Shown here: piece by piece, positions 36,651 to 46,874 of the stretch
Position numbering within the stretch: the stretch's first letter is position 1
How the letters are laid out: every line of letters begins with the position of its first letter
NCBI GenBank assembly: GCA_021811585.1
Contig: JAJZOG010000014.1
Location: forward strand, 2,577 to 66,576
Source: a bacterium
GTDB lineage: Bacteria > Patescibacteriota > Doudnabacteria > UBA920 > VMFF01
Direction: 5' to 3'
Length of the DNA stretch: 64,000 bases
The notes under the pieces: model-generated
Seen by the model: the letters and a program-made list of their open reading frames with translations, nothing else
Databases searched by the model: none
Told to the model about the DNA's origin: nothing
Made by a program: the position numbers and the translations under genes

Positions 36651-38012
36651 TTAATTGGAATTCATGGCCGCAATTTCGGAATCATACTGGTGTTTTATAT
36701 TCATGACATTGTCGCCGTAAAAGGCGTAGCGCAGGTCAACGTGGCCCGCGAAATAATCCATTGCCGCCGCCCATTCGGAATTTTCATTTCCGGCAACAGC
36801 CCCGTCTGATTTCAATAACAGCGCCGCGGCCACGAAGGAATCCTTCAGGTCCCAGGGATTGGCGGGGTTATCCCCTGTTATCGCGCTTACATCAGCGCGG
36901 TGCGCCATCCATGTCGAAGGGATAAACTGCGCCGGTCCCATTGCTCCGCCCCAGCCGATTTGCCTGCCCCAGCGGTACATTGGGCATGAAACCGGAGTTG
37001 TGTTTGTGTCCATCCCGAGTTCCTGCGTAATTTGCACAAAAGGTTTTTGGTCGCGATACGGATTCATGATAACTTTCCAGCTTTTTGAAGGCGGGTCGCC
37101 CGCGCGGTTGCATGTTCCAACATTTCGGCCGAGGTTTGATTCCTGAGTCAAAATGGCGAGCAAAAAGGACGGCTCGATTCCCGTCAGGCCCGAGACCTGT
37201 TTTGCCATATCAACGGCTTGCCCGAAAGTTAATTGCTGGCTTGTCCCGGTTAACTGGTAAATTTGGTTGCGTATTTGCGCTGCTTGCGCCTGCGTGTTTG
37301 AGATCATCGCCTCGTAATTTGCTTCCCTGCCTTTGGTTTTGCCCAGGATATAATTTTGCTGTGAAATATTATCCGAGAGGGAAGAATTTTGCAGTGCTTC
37401 TATTGCCAGAAGATTATTTTGGTCGTTTTGCTGTTGTTGAAGTTCGGATTGTTGCGTTACCAAGTTTTGTTTCAGCGAATTAGTTTGCGTCACAAGGCCG
37501 TCCAGCTCGGAGCTAAGCTGGTTTAAATTATCCTGGTCATTCAAATATCCAGCAAGGCCTCCGCTGGACAAAAGAGATTCGACAATTGGCTTGGAATCCT
37601 TTTCATAAATGGTTGCCAGTATGCCGGACATATCTGTTTGCAGGCGCAAAATTTTATTGTCATCCGTCTGTATTTGCGCGCTGACCACGGACATTTGGCT
37701 TTGCAAATCATCCAGTAATATCGTTGTACTTTGAATTTGAAGCTGGAGTTTGTCGCGCTGGTAGTTAAGTTCCTCAACCTTTGCATTTAAAGTTTGTTTT
37801 TGCGCTTCTGTTTGCGCCAGCTGCTGGTTATACCCGGAGATTTGGTTTTCCAATTGCTGAAGTTGTTGTTCCAGAGCCGCTTTTTGCTGTTCAATGGATG
37901 TCTGTCCGGAGGTATTGGAGGATACATCAGCCCAAACCCGATGCATGTTGGCGGGATAAATAGCAGCTAAAATTATTACGCCAAGCGCTAAAATTTTGAC
38001 TGATTTTTTCAT
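36651..38012 (-). CDS. Coiled-coil + lytic murein transglycosylase (SLT_2-like)
   Basis: Signal peptide MKKSVK, coiled coil, LLAILTQESNLG, GAMGPAQFIPSTW, NPWDLKDS. Confidence 0.85.
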   Translation of the reverse strand: MKKSVKILALGVIILAAIYPANMHRVWADVSSNTSGQTSIEQQKAALEQQLQQLENQISGYNQQLAQTEAQKQTLNAKVEELNYQRDKLQLQIQSTTILLDDLQSQMSVVSAQIQTDDNKILRLQTDMSGILATIYEKDSKPIVESLLSSGGLAGYLNDQDNLNQLSSELDGLVTQTNSLKQNLVTQQSELQQQQNDQNNLLAIEALQNSSLSDNISQQNYILGKTKGREANYEAMISNTQAQAAQIRNQIYQLTGTSQQLTFGQAVDMAKQVSGLTGIEPSFLLAILTQESNLGRNVGTCNRAGDPPSKSWKVIMNPYRDQKPFVQITQELGMDTNTTPVSCPMYRWGRQIGWGGAMGPAQFIPSTWMAHRADVSAITGDNPANPWDLKDSFVAAALLLKSDGAVAGNENSEWAAAMDYFAGHVDLRYAFYGDNVMNIKHQYDSEIAAMNSN

Positions 38013-38034
38013 TTTTCTGTTGGCGTCCGCTGTA

Positions 38035-38697
38035 TTATTTAAGGAGAGAATCAATTTGGGATTTTAAATTTTGGTATGAAATTACTCCCGGCTCTTTTTT
38101 GCCGTTCAAGAAAAAGGTCGGTGTTTCGTCAACTCCAAGGCCGAGCCCGTCATCTTCGTCTTTTTCAAGCACTGATTGGTATTTTTCGCTCTCCACATCC
38201 GACTTAAATTTATTAACGTCCAGCCCGAGAGTTTGTGCATATCCGGTGAAATCCGGCAAAGGGTCGGATGCTTCTGCCCAAGTGTTTTGAGTTTGGTAAA
38301 GCATGTCGTGCATTTGCCAAAATTTGCCCTGGGCCGCCGCGGCTTCTGCCGCCTCCGCGGATTCCAAAGCATTCGGATGGATGGTATAAAGCGGGAAATT
38401 CCTGAAAACAAAATTAAAATTTGGATTGTTTTTGTAATCGTTTAAAATTTGTTTTAATATCGGGTATGCCTCGCCGCATGCCGGGCATTGGTAATCCCCG
38501 AATTCAACAAGCTGGACTTTGGCGCTCGGGCTTCCTGTCATGTGGGCGTCTTTGGGAATAAGCACAGGGTTTGCCGCCGGGGTTGGCTTAAACGACGAGG
38601 AGGTTTGCTGCACCGAATGGTCGTTTGCCGCCAAAAATATTCCGGCACCCACTATTGCTGCCGCGATAATTATCATTATAAGGACTTCTTTTTTCAT
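38035..38697 (-). CDS. DsbA-family thiol-disulfide oxidoreductase
   Basis: EFGDYQCPAC, FRNFPL, GVDETPTFFLNG. Confidence 0.9.
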   Translation of the reverse strand: MKKEVLIMIIIAAAIVGAGIFLAANDHSVQQTSSSFKPTPAANPVLIPKDAHMTGSPSAKVQLVEFGDYQCPACGEAYPILKQILNDYKNNPNFNFVFRNFPLYTIHPNALESAEAAEAAAAQGKFWQMHDMLYQTQNTWAEASDPLPDFTGYAQTLGLDVNKFKSDVESEKYQSVLEKDEDDGLGLGVDETPTFFLNGKKEPGVISYQNLKSQIDSLLK

Positions 38698-39125
38698 AAG
38701 TTGTTGCCTTCGCGCGCGGTATTTTTATACCAGAGCATTAATATTGTAATTGAAATGAAAGCCAGTAGCGAAAGAAAAGGAATATTTATGAAGCCAAAAA
38801 AATTAAAATATTTGGCCGTGCAAGAAACGCCGAAAGTGCAAGGGGCAAGCTTTTCGGGAATAACGTTTATGTTTAAGAGGAAATGGTAAAGCGCCACCAG
38901 CGCGCCAATAACGGACAACGGCAAGACATATACCCAGACAGCCGTGTCTTTTTTGAGGATGCCGACAGCCAGGATAGCTACAAGCGGGTACATCAAAATT
39001 CTTTGGTACCAGCACAAAATGCAGGGTGCAAACCCTAGGACATTGCTGAAGAATAAACTTCCCAGCATGGCAACAAGGGCTATTGACCAGGCAATATAGA
39101 GAATTGTTTGCTTGGGAATTTTCAT
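38694..39125 (-). CDS. Disulfide bond formation protein DsbB/BdbC
   Basis: GSLFFS, PCILCWYQRILMYP, second Cys pair, IPFLS. Confidence 0.92.
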   Translation of the reverse strand: MKIPKQTILYIAWSIALVAMLGSLFFSNVLGFAPCILCWYQRILMYPLVAILAVGILKKDTAVWVYVLPLSVIGALVALYHFLLNINVIPEKLAPCTFGVSCTAKYFNFFGFINIPFLSLLAFISITILMLWYKNTAREGNNL

Positions 39126-39160
39126 TGATTAAAGTCCGATAAGTGCTTGGTCAGAAAAAA

Positions 39161-39709
39161 TCAGGAGTTGAAAGCATTGCCCGGCTTCCATGGCGTGCCC
39201 AGGTACGGCAAAACATACTTATCAAGCCCATACCATCCGGCTATCCTCCAGGCGAGAATCAAAAATAATTGCAGAACCAAGAGCAATGGATTTGTGCTCA
39301 CTGTCCCGGCAAAAAGATAATTTAAATTCATGAATGCGCCGAAGAACGCGGCAATCCCGGCGAAAAGCCCCACTATTAAAGCAATGCCAACCAGGAGTTC
39401 GCCGTACGTTATCACGTAGGAGAACGCCGCTGCGTGGGGAATTACAAAATGCGAGAGGAATGCGCCGTACCATCCCGCGACATCGGCGTGCGCACCGGCT
39501 GTTTTTGACAATGCCCCGGAGGCAAAACCTTTTATTGCCAGGCCGGCTTGTGAGCCAACCCAAACAGGGCTTTTTAATTTTTCCCAGGCAGCGCTAAGCC
39601 ACTGCCAGCCCACATATATCCTGATAATCAGCCAAAGCCATGCAATTTTTGTATCCGCGAAAAGAAAGCGGCTTAGCTTTGGCTCGGGTATTTGTATTTC
39701 CTGCGACAT
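39161..39709 (-). CDS. DoxX/DoxD-family membrane protein
   Basis: RIYVGWQWLSAAWEK, GELLVGIAL, MNLNYLFAGTVSTNP, AGWYGLD. Confidence 0.85.
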   Translation of the reverse strand: MSQEIQIPEPKLSRFLFADTKIAWLWLIIRIYVGWQWLSAAWEKLKSPVWVGSQAGLAIKGFASGALSKTAGAHADVAGWYGAFLSHFVIPHAAAFSYVITYGELLVGIALIVGLFAGIAAFFGAFMNLNYLFAGTVSTNPLLLVLQLFLILAWRIAGWYGLDKYVLPYLGTPWKPGNAFNS

Positions 39710-39806
39710 ATTTTTGTTTTAATGATTTATTAATTTTTAGTGCTTTGTCATTTTGGAACGAAAATATTATAACATGCCCGCAATTTTAATGCGATGTTCA
39801 AAATTT

Positions 39807-40433
39807 TTACGCAATGTTTAAAAGCTGTACCGGCTCGTCAATGATAAAATCCGGCTTGTTTTGCATTAGCGCGCCGCGAGAATTCAGCCCCCAAGTGACG
39901 CAGGCAATGGCCATATTTTCTTTTCTGGCAGCTTCTATGTCGCGAATTTCATCCGCAACAAAGAGTGTTTGCGCGGCATCAAGGCCGTTTTCTTTTAATA
40001 ATTTGTGTAATGTTTTTGATTTTCCGAAGACGCCGCTGCCGCAGAATATGCCGTCAAAAAAACGTCCCAGGTTTTTTTGTGAGATAAATGTTTCGACGTT
40101 CTCTTTTGAATTTGAACTCGCTAAAAAAATTTTTAAACCCTTATTTTTCAATTCGCTTAAGGTTTCCGGAATTCCCGGGAAAATTTTTAAATCCATCAGT
40201 TGCTTACGCAAGCCGTTCCTGATTTCCAAAGCCACTTTGGGGATTTGGTAAAATTTTACGCCCAATTTTTTGATTGCGCTTCTTGGCGCCATGCTTCTCA
40301 GCGCGAGCTGATTTTCGCGCGTAATCATGTTAAACCCTTTTTTTTCGGCAATGCCGTTATAGATATGCGCGCCGGCTTCTATGGTATTTGCAAGCGTACC
40401 GTCAAAATCAAAAATGACAGCAAGGTATTTCAT
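39807..40433 (-). CDS. HAD-family phosphatase
   Basis: IFDFDGTLANT, SSN, ADEIRDIEAA, VTWG. Confidence 0.9.
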   Translation of the reverse strand: MKYLAVIFDFDGTLANTIEAGAHIYNGIAEKKGFNMITRENQLALRSMAPRSAIKKLGVKFYQIPKVALEIRNGLRKQLMDLKIFPGIPETLSELKNKGLKIFLASSNSKENVETFISQKNLGRFFDGIFCGSGVFGKSKTLHKLLKENGLDAAQTLFVADEIRDIEAARKENMAIACVTWGLNSRGALMQNKPDFIIDEPVQLLNIA

Positions 40434-41194
40434 CTTTTTTTCTCCGCAACAGCCCGGCGCACGTCAATAAAATCTTTTGTGAACGGCTTGTTCAGTAAAA
40501 GCATGCTTAAATAATTTAAAGCATAACGCATTGCCATCGTGAGCCTGCCTTCCTGCTGTATCCGGCGGGCAGAGGCGTAAATGGGCATTTTTAAAGTGAA
40601 GCGCACGTCGCCCACTTTAGAAAGGCGCCTGGCTAAATCAGTGTCTTCGCCGTAAAAAGCAATATCCCGGTTAAACCCGCCTATTTTTTCGAGCGCGCTG
40701 CGCCGCACCACGCAATTTCCGCCTTGCAGAAGGGATCCGAATTTGAAAAATCTGCTGAGATGATACGAAAGCATCCCCATTTTGTAAAAAAACTTTATGC
40801 CCAAATTCGTTATCCGGCCGAGTTCGTAAAAAATTTGGGGTCCCGAAAGCCCTGCCAGATTTTTGTTCCTGAATTCCTTGAGCACAAATTCTATCCAGTT
40901 TTCGGTTAGAATGGTGTCCGCATCAATATTGGCAATCAGTTCTCCGTTGGAATTTTCAAATCCTGCTTGCCTGGCAAAGGTCAAACTTTTTCGGTTTTCG
41001 CGCACAACTTTAACGCCCTTGAAATTTTGTGCCACTTGCGCAGTGCCATCTGTGCTGGCATTGTCAACGACTATAATTTCAAAATCCTTGCCTTGCTTTA
41101 GTCCCGCTTTTGCGGCCATTTTAAATACCGAAGCCAGGCATTTTGGCAGATAAAGTTTTTCGTTATAGGCAGGTATTATGAAGCTTATTTTCAT
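40430..41194 (-). CDS. Glycosyltransferase family 2
   Basis: SFIIPAYNE, VVDNASTDGT, IDADT, YGEDTDL. Confidence 0.92.
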   Translation of the reverse strand: MKISFIIPAYNEKLYLPKCLASVFKMAAKAGLKQGKDFEIIVVDNASTDGTAQVAQNFKGVKVVRENRKSLTFARQAGFENSNGELIANIDADTILTENWIEFVLKEFRNKNLAGLSGPQIFYELGRITNLGIKFFYKMGMLSYHLSRFFKFGSLLQGGNCVVRRSALEKIGGFNRDIAFYGEDTDLARRLSKVGDVRFTLKMPIYASARRIQQEGRLTMAMRYALNYLSMLLLNKPFTKDFIDVRRAVAEKKR

Positions 41195-41672
41195 GCAGCG
41201 GTGTTTTCAGTTAATGTCTTGACTAAATATTTTGATATTTTTGCGGAGTCATCCGCGAAAACGAAGCTTGCGGCAACTTTTTCTCCTTGGAGCACCTTTG
41301 GCAGCCAAAATTTATCATCCGGCCACATTTCCGCGAAAGGCAGTTTTGTTTTTTCAAACCATTGCGGCCTCATTTCTTCGCTCTCAGCCGGCTCCCCTGC
41401 CCAGGCGTTTACTAAAAAAACATGGACACGTTGCCCCACGCAGGGTTGGATTCGTTGCTGAGGTCCAAGTATCCCATATCGCGCAGGTCCCTGCCATTGA
41501 CATTCACGCCAATCTCTTCGAAAATTTCGCGCACCGCCGCATCTTCGACACTTTCTCCTTCCTGGACTTTTCCTCCGCAACCGTTCCACCGTCCTGCCCC
41601 AAACCCTCTTTTTTTCATTGCCAGTAAAATTTTATCCTTTTGCACAAGGAAACAAAGCGTTGTTGTTTTCAT
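41191..41672 (-). CDS. MTH1/NUDT1-like 8-oxo-dGTPase (Nudix), interrupted by a 1-nt deletion at about 41434-41437
   Basis: KKRGFGAGRWNGCGGKV...AAVREIFEEIG (ORF 41672) continues in another frame as QRVHVF...ESEEMRPQWF...MWPDDKFWLP; adding one G to TGGGGCAA joins them. Confidence 0.82.
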
Positions 41673-41683
41673 GGGCCTGTTTT

Positions 41684-42205
41684 TTATTTAACAGTTTCTT
41701 TTTGGTACGCTTTGCGCGTGGCTTCCAGTTCTTGCATTGCTCTCTCTTTTCCGGAGAAACCTTTTACTTCAACCTTTTGATTTTGCAAAATTTTATAAGT
41801 TTCGAAGAAATTTTGGATTTCCTTCAAGACATGCCCCGGCAAGTCCTCCAGGGATTGCACGTCTGCGAAGCGCGGATCTTCCGTTGGCACGGCAATAATT
41901 TTATTGTCAATTTCTCCTTTATCAACCATTTCCATAAAGCCGATCGCGCGCCCCGTGGCAACTGTGCCGGGCACAAGCGGGTTTGTGGAGAAAAGCAAAA
42001 CATCCGCGTGATCGCCGTCAAGCGCGCGGGTTTCCGGAATAAAACCGTAATTTGCGGGATAGCTGTAGGAGCTGAAAAGCACGCGGTCCAATTTTATAAC
42101 ATCCAGCTTTTCGTCATATTCATATTTGTCCTGGCTGCCTTTGGCAATTTCTATAACAACGTTAAAACAATCTGTTTCTCCAAAAGGAAGTGTTTTTATG
42201 CTCAT
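41684..42205 (-). CDS. ppa: Inorganic pyrophosphatase (family I)
   Basis: KYEYD, LDRVL, YPANYGFIP, DGDHADV, DKGEIDNKII, FFETYK. Confidence 0.93.
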   Translation of the reverse strand: MSIKTLPFGETDCFNVVIEIAKGSQDKYEYDEKLDVIKLDRVLFSSYSYPANYGFIPETRALDGDHADVLLFSTNPLVPGTVATGRAIGFMEMVDKGEIDNKIIAVPTEDPRFADVQSLEDLPGHVLKEIQNFFETYKILQNQKVEVKGFSGKERAMQELEATRKAYQKETVK

Positions 42206-42232
42206 TTTATGGGCCTTTTATAAATAACCGGT

Positions 42233-42712
42233 TTAATAATTCTTAAACCCATTATACCACAAATATTCATGCCAAGTAAGCGCAACAACTATCGCGTCCA
42301 GCGCCGTTAAAAGCAGAAGCCCAAAAGAATGAGTATGCGAATATTTATACATTTGGTAAATTCCGAAGCCGGTGAAAACCGCAATGGCAGCCGGGTATGC
42401 CCAGATCCTGTTCCAATAGAGGTTGATAACCAGGAAAATTTTTATGATGCCGTGCGAAAGCAGAAAAATTCCGGCAAAAATGAGCGCGCCATGCGAGATG
42501 TGCGCCGCCTGGCCCAAAAAATAATTCGCAATTTTGTCGCGCGGATCCGTGGATAATTCGTGTTGTGTGAGGGCGCGAATGCCGGTGTTGATTGTTGAGG
42601 GCTGAATGAAAAAAGCCAATGCCCCGCCGATAATTTCCAGCAAGCCGTCCAGCCCCTTAAAAAAAATTCCTATCTCAAAAAGCAGGTGCCAATATTTTTC
42701 GGGAATTTTCAT
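42233..42712 (-). CDS. DUF2127-like membrane protein
   Basis: KGLDGLLEIIGG, HELSTDPRD, LLSHGIIK, WAYP, LTWHEY. Confidence 0.75.
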   Translation of the reverse strand: MKIPEKYWHLLFEIGIFFKGLDGLLEIIGGALAFFIQPSTINTGIRALTQHELSTDPRDKIANYFLGQAAHISHGALIFAGIFLLSHGIIKIFLVINLYWNRIWAYPAAIAVFTGFGIYQMYKYSHTHSFGLLLLTALDAIVVALTWHEYLWYNGFKNY

Positions 42713-42747
42713 TTGAAATCCTCGATGATGCCCAAGGTTATTTTTTA

Positions 42748-43305
42748 TTATTCGATTTTGTTAAAAGTATAAAGTTTAAGGTCATGGATCGGAATTTTAT
42801 ATCGCTCCAGGAGGATTTTTCCCGGAGAATCAAATACGTCTTTTGCGTAATCCAAACCCAGCATGGCTGCCACGTTTTTTATTTCATTTTCAGAATCGCC
42901 TTCCAGCTCCACGTATGTCGGCACTTGCGGCCAAGTATCTATATCTGCCGCAACGCCCTTAAGAATAAACGTGTGCCTTTTCTTTTCTTGGTTGCGCAAG
43001 ATACTAAAACCGACGCGTTTCATAAATTCTCTGCCCTTTTCAAAATCATCAATCTTCAGCTCCACCTCTTCCGTACCGTCAATTGTATGCTTTCGCCGGT
43101 TTTTGTAAATCAGCAATATGACATTTTTCGTTTTGCGGATTTTCATGAAATTATTGCCGGCAGGATCATTCGGCCTGCGCCCTATTATTTCCGTAAAAAT
43201 ATCTTCGCCCAAATCTTCCGCTCCAAGGTCGCGCAAGCGCTTTTTTAAATCATCTTCGTTAATTTCCAAAAACCTGGCTTCTATTTCAATAAAATTCTTT
43301 GGCAT
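42748..43305 (-). CDS. CYTH-domain (class IV adenylate cyclase/triphosphatase-like) protein
   Basis: EIEARF (ExExK-like), EEVEL, QEKKR, YVELEG. Confidence 0.8.
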   Translation of the reverse strand: MPKNFIEIEARFLEINEDDLKKRLRDLGAEDLGEDIFTEIIGRRPNDPAGNNFMKIRKTKNVILLIYKNRRKHTIDGTEEVELKIDDFEKGREFMKRVGFSILRNQEKKRHTFILKGVAADIDTWPQVPTYVELEGDSENEIKNVAAMLGLDYAKDVFDSPGKILLERYKIPIHDLKLYTFNKIE

Positions 43306-43405
43306 CTATTTTTTATTACATAAAGCTTTTATAGCATAAAACAAACCGGCGCCAAGGGCAACCTTATTAAGGTTCCCTTGCGCCGGTGAAATAGAATTGC
43401 GATGG

Positions 43406-44035
43406 TTATCGTGCTGCCGCCACTTTTGTTGTTGTCGCGGCGGCTTTAGCAGTCGCGAAAGCGAGAGCATTTTGGATTCGAATTGCCCTCTCAATTCGTT
43501 CCAGTGTATGCTGCGGCGAGGTCGCGAATTGCAACAGATCCCTGGTCCGGTAATCCATTAATCCCTGTCGAACCATGTCCATCATCAAAATTTTGATGGG
43601 ATTGAAAAATCCTGCTGTATTTAGCGCACATAGTGGTTTGGGCTTTGCATGCAGCCCAAGCTGGCACCATGCGGCGAATTCGAACATCTCGTCCAAGGTG
43701 CCAAAACCACCTGGCAAAGCAATGGCCGCATCAGCGGCCTCATACATTCGCTGTTTGCGTGTGTGGATGTCATCCACAACCTCGATCGGGATTTCGGAAT
43801 TAAAATTTCTCCCGACCAATTCGACGATTTTTTTAGGAATTATCGCTTTAATTTCCCCGCCGCGTTCTTTTGCGGCGTTGGAAACAGCCCCCATCAATCC
43901 CAAAGACCCCCCTCCATATACAAGGAGGATTTTTTCTTCCGCGAGGAGATATCCCAGCTCTTTCGCGTGTTGCATAAATTCCGGGTCATGCCCGGCCTTT
44001 GAGCCGGAAAACACGACAACTGATTTTGTCAGCAT
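43406..44035 (-). CDS. LOG-family nucleotide phosphoribohydrolase (TIGR00730-like)
   Basis: VYGGGSLGLMG, HTRKQRM, ALPGGFGTLDE. Confidence 0.9.
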   Translation of the reverse strand: MLTKSVVVFSGSKAGHDPEFMQHAKELGYLLAEEKILLVYGGGSLGLMGAVSNAAKERGGEIKAIIPKKIVELVGRNFNSEIPIEVVDDIHTRKQRMYEAADAAIALPGGFGTLDEMFEFAAWCQLGLHAKPKPLCALNTAGFFNPIKILMMDMVRQGLMDYRTRDLLQFATSPQHTLERIERAIRIQNALAFATAKAAATTTKVAAAR

Positions 44036-44077
44036 TCTTTCCCCCTTTGTTTTGAAAGATTTATTATCTTATACTTT

Positions 44078-45145
44078 TTAGATGTTTTTGTCCACCATTT
44101 GCATATTTGCCTGCTCTGCGCCGAAGCCAAGAATTTTTTGATAAATTTTTTCATAACCGTCTGCCATTTTTTGAGCGTTAAAATTTCCGAGCGCATACCT
44201 CCGGCAATAAGCGCGGTCTATTGTGCCGAGATTGTCGAATGCCATAAGCATTTCGTCCAAATCTTGAACAACAAAACCGGTTTTTCCGTTTTGAATTATT
44301 TCCGGGGCAGAACCCCTGTTAAATGCCAAAACAGGGCAGCCGCATGCCATGGCTTCGACAAGCGTCAGTCCGAATGGTTCGCGCCAGGTGGCAGGATGCA
44401 AAAGAGCGGCTGCCTTGCTCATTAGCCGGTTGCGGGTTTGTTCATTAACTTCGCCTATCCAGCGGATTTGGCGCGAAAGCCACGGCTCCACGTATTCGTG
44501 GAAATACGGCTTGTCAATCGCATCCAGTTTGGCGGCAATAATCAGAGGCATGTCCAAAATTTGCGCCGCTTCAATGGCAATATGCACACCTTTTTCAATG
44601 GAAATCCTGCCCACGAATAAAAGATATCCGTCGTGAGTTTCCGAAAAAGGGTAGATCTCCATATTCAGCCCGTTATAAACAGTGCCTATGTAATTAAGGT
44701 TTGGGGCTGTTTGGCTTTGCGATTTAGAAATAGTAATAAGATACGGTTTGCGCAGGGTGCTGAAAATTTGCCTGGCTTCGGGCGTGAGCGGGCCGTGCAG
44801 GGTCATAACAACCGGCGTTTGCGATAAGTTTGCGGTTGCGACGCTTAGATAGGCATTGTGGTCGTGGATAATATCAAAATCCTTTTGCATTTGGTAAGCG
44901 TTGCCAATGTTCAGAAGCGTCCAGATATTGGAACCGTAAATATCTCGGACCCGGGCTTCGCGTATGCTTTTAGGGTAAATTGATTTCAGGAGCGCTGAGG
45001 TTTTAGAGTCCCCGCTTGCAAAGAGCGTAACATCGTGCCCGCGCCGCATAAGTTCTTCTGTCAAAGCGTGTACAACGCGCTCTGTACCGCCGTATCTTTT
45101 TGGCGGGACACGCTCAATTATGGGTGCTATTTGCGCGATTCTCAT
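44078..45145 (-). CDS. Glycosyltransferase family 4
   Basis: MRIAQIAP..ERVPPKRYGGTERVV, GRISIEKG, EPFGLTLVEAMACG. Confidence 0.92.
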   Translation of the reverse strand: MRIAQIAPIIERVPPKRYGGTERVVHALTEELMRRGHDVTLFASGDSKTSALLKSIYPKSIREARVRDIYGSNIWTLLNIGNAYQMQKDFDIIHDHNAYLSVATANLSQTPVVMTLHGPLTPEARQIFSTLRKPYLITISKSQSQTAPNLNYIGTVYNGLNMEIYPFSETHDGYLLFVGRISIEKGVHIAIEAAQILDMPLIIAAKLDAIDKPYFHEYVEPWLSRQIRWIGEVNEQTRNRLMSKAAALLHPATWREPFGLTLVEAMACGCPVLAFNRGSAPEIIQNGKTGFVVQDLDEMLMAFDNLGTIDRAYCRRYALGNFNAQKMADGYEKIYQKILGFGAEQANMQMVDKNI

Positions 45146-45226
45146 GCCGAAAACATATAAAAAAAAATGCTTTTCGGCAATTTGCATTTTGTTCAAAAAC
45201 GGTTTTGCGGTGCGCGGAACGATTTT

Positions 45227-45649
45227 TTATAGTTGGGCTGAAAATTCCATCTGTAATTTTCCGAGCGCCTCTTTGGCGAATTTATCCATGTCCGGCATAG
45301 CCAAAAGCTCGTCCATTGAAAACCATTTGAAATTTTTATGCTCTTCGTCGATTTGCGGGTCCCCTTCTGTTTGGCCAAGATATGTAAGGCGCACCACGTG
45401 CTTATCCGGTTTCATAATATCTTGCGCGCAAATTAACCTCGGCTCGCTTTTTAATACTAGCTTTGTCTCTTCGAAAATTTCTCGTTCCAGGTTTGCCATC
45501 AGCGGCGTTTCGGGATTAATTCTTCCGCCGACAATGTCCCATTTTTCGGTTTTTGAAATCTCTGGGTATTTTTCCAAATTTCTTTCCAAAAGCAAAAATT
45601 TGCCCTCGTGATTTTTCAGAAAAATTTTAACCCCGACCTGCAGCAGCAT
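45227..45649 (-). CDS. Nudix hydrolase
   Basis: WDIVGGRINPET...LEREIFEETKL. Confidence 0.85.
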   Translation of the reverse strand: MLLQVGVKIFLKNHEGKFLLLERNLEKYPEISKTEKWDIVGGRINPETPLMANLEREIFEETKLVLKSEPRLICAQDIMKPDKHVVRLTYLGQTEGDPQIDEEHKNFKWFSMDELLAMPDMDKFAKEALGKLQMEFSAQL

Positions 45650-46030
45650 TTAATTTCCTTCCAATCTTTTTTCCGCCATTTTTATATATTGCCTGGGATC
45701 GCCGGAATACTTTTGCAGCAAATCCGGGAAAGCGCCAAGCGCCAAAGTTTGTTCTTTTTCGCGGAAATCCGGATATTTATCCAAAAGTGTATAATATTTT
45801 GACAAGGCATTGACATACTCATTAACGAGATTATACCTTTCCTCGGTGCGAGGCGCTCTTTCCAAAAACCCGGGGTCAATAACAGTGGCTAAATTCCTTG
45901 TGATATGGCTGATGCTTGTTTGCGACGGGGCGCGGGATAAAACCTTTTTCTTGGCTGTTTCGGCGCGGGCTATCAATTCTCGCCATTGCTCCGGCGATAT
46001 TTCCTGAATAATGGATTCCGCTGGTTTCAT
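45650..46030 (-). CDS. Hypothetical protein
   Basis: 126-aa ORF tightly packed in a minus-strand run. Confidence 0.65.
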   Translation of the reverse strand: MKPAESIIQEISPEQWRELIARAETAKKKVLSRAPSQTSISHITRNLATVIDPGFLERAPRTEERYNLVNEYVNALSKYYTLLDKYPDFREKEQTLALGAFPDLLQKYSGDPRQYIKMAEKRLEGN

Positions 46031-46034
46031 AAAA

Positions 46035-46403
46035 TTATTTTAATTGGTCGTACTTTGTTGCAACCCCGAATGCTTTTTCAACAGGATATTTGGCTGCGTT
46101 TTTCTTGATTTTTTCTTTGATGGCAGCGGCAACATCAATGCCCGTCGAATTGGCAAAAACCAAGCTGAACATGACGACGTCCGCCAATTCTTCCTCTATT
46201 TTTTTGCGCGATTCCGGATTATCCAGCGCGCTTTGGGATTTTTCAGGGTTCATCCAAAGGAAATTCTCCAAGAGTTCCCCCGCTTCAATGCTGATGGCTT
46301 CGGAAACATCTTTTGGCGTATGGAATTGCTTCCAGTTTCTCTCATCCCTAAATTTGAGAAGCATATTTTTAATTTCCTGGATCGTGGTTTTATCGTCGTT
46401 CAT
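46035..46403 (-). CDS. MazG-like NTP pyrophosphohydrolase (dCTPP1-like)
   Basis: FRDERNWKQFHTPKD, EAGELLE, EELADV, KYP. Confidence 0.9.
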   Translation of the reverse strand: MNDDKTTIQEIKNMLLKFRDERNWKQFHTPKDVSEAISIEAGELLENFLWMNPEKSQSALDNPESRKKIEEELADVVMFSLVFANSTGIDVAAAIKEKIKKNAAKYPVEKAFGVATKYDQLK

Positions 46404-46415
46404 AAATTTATTTAT

Positions 46416-46685
46416 TTATTCTTCTGAGGAATCTTCAGGGACATCGCCCTGGCTCCAATATTCTTTTAAATATTTTTTTATCCAGTCGTTAATAAGCGCC
46501 TCCCGCTTCGCGGTGTCTGCCTCGGCTTTTATTGGTTCGAGCTCGCGCACCACCTCATCATAGCCGTAATTAACGCCTACAAAATCTACAAATTTCTGAT
46601 TATACCAGCTGCTCCCGAGAATTTCCCTTATTTGTTGATGATAAGTTTCAAGTTCTGCCTCCGGATTTCTGATTTCAAATACCAT
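46416..46685 (-). CDS. Hypothetical protein
   Basis: 89-aa ORF with upstream TGATATAAT. Confidence 0.6.
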   Translation of the reverse strand: MVFEIRNPEAELETYHQQIREILGSSWYNQKFVDFVGVNYGYDEVVRELEPIKAEADTAKREALINDWIKKYLKEYWSQGDVPEDSSEE

Positions 46686-46874
46686 AAAATTTAAGTTATT
46701 TAATGCTATATAAGGATTATATCAAAAAATTGCCTGTAGTGCATGATATTGCCAATATTCAACTTTTTTTATTGTTTTAGTTAACAGGTGTCACCCTGGC
46801 GTTATGGTGGTGGCGCAGCATGGTATTAATCCCCGCCTATATAAAAAATTCCCAATTTGGTCTATACTTAGCTA

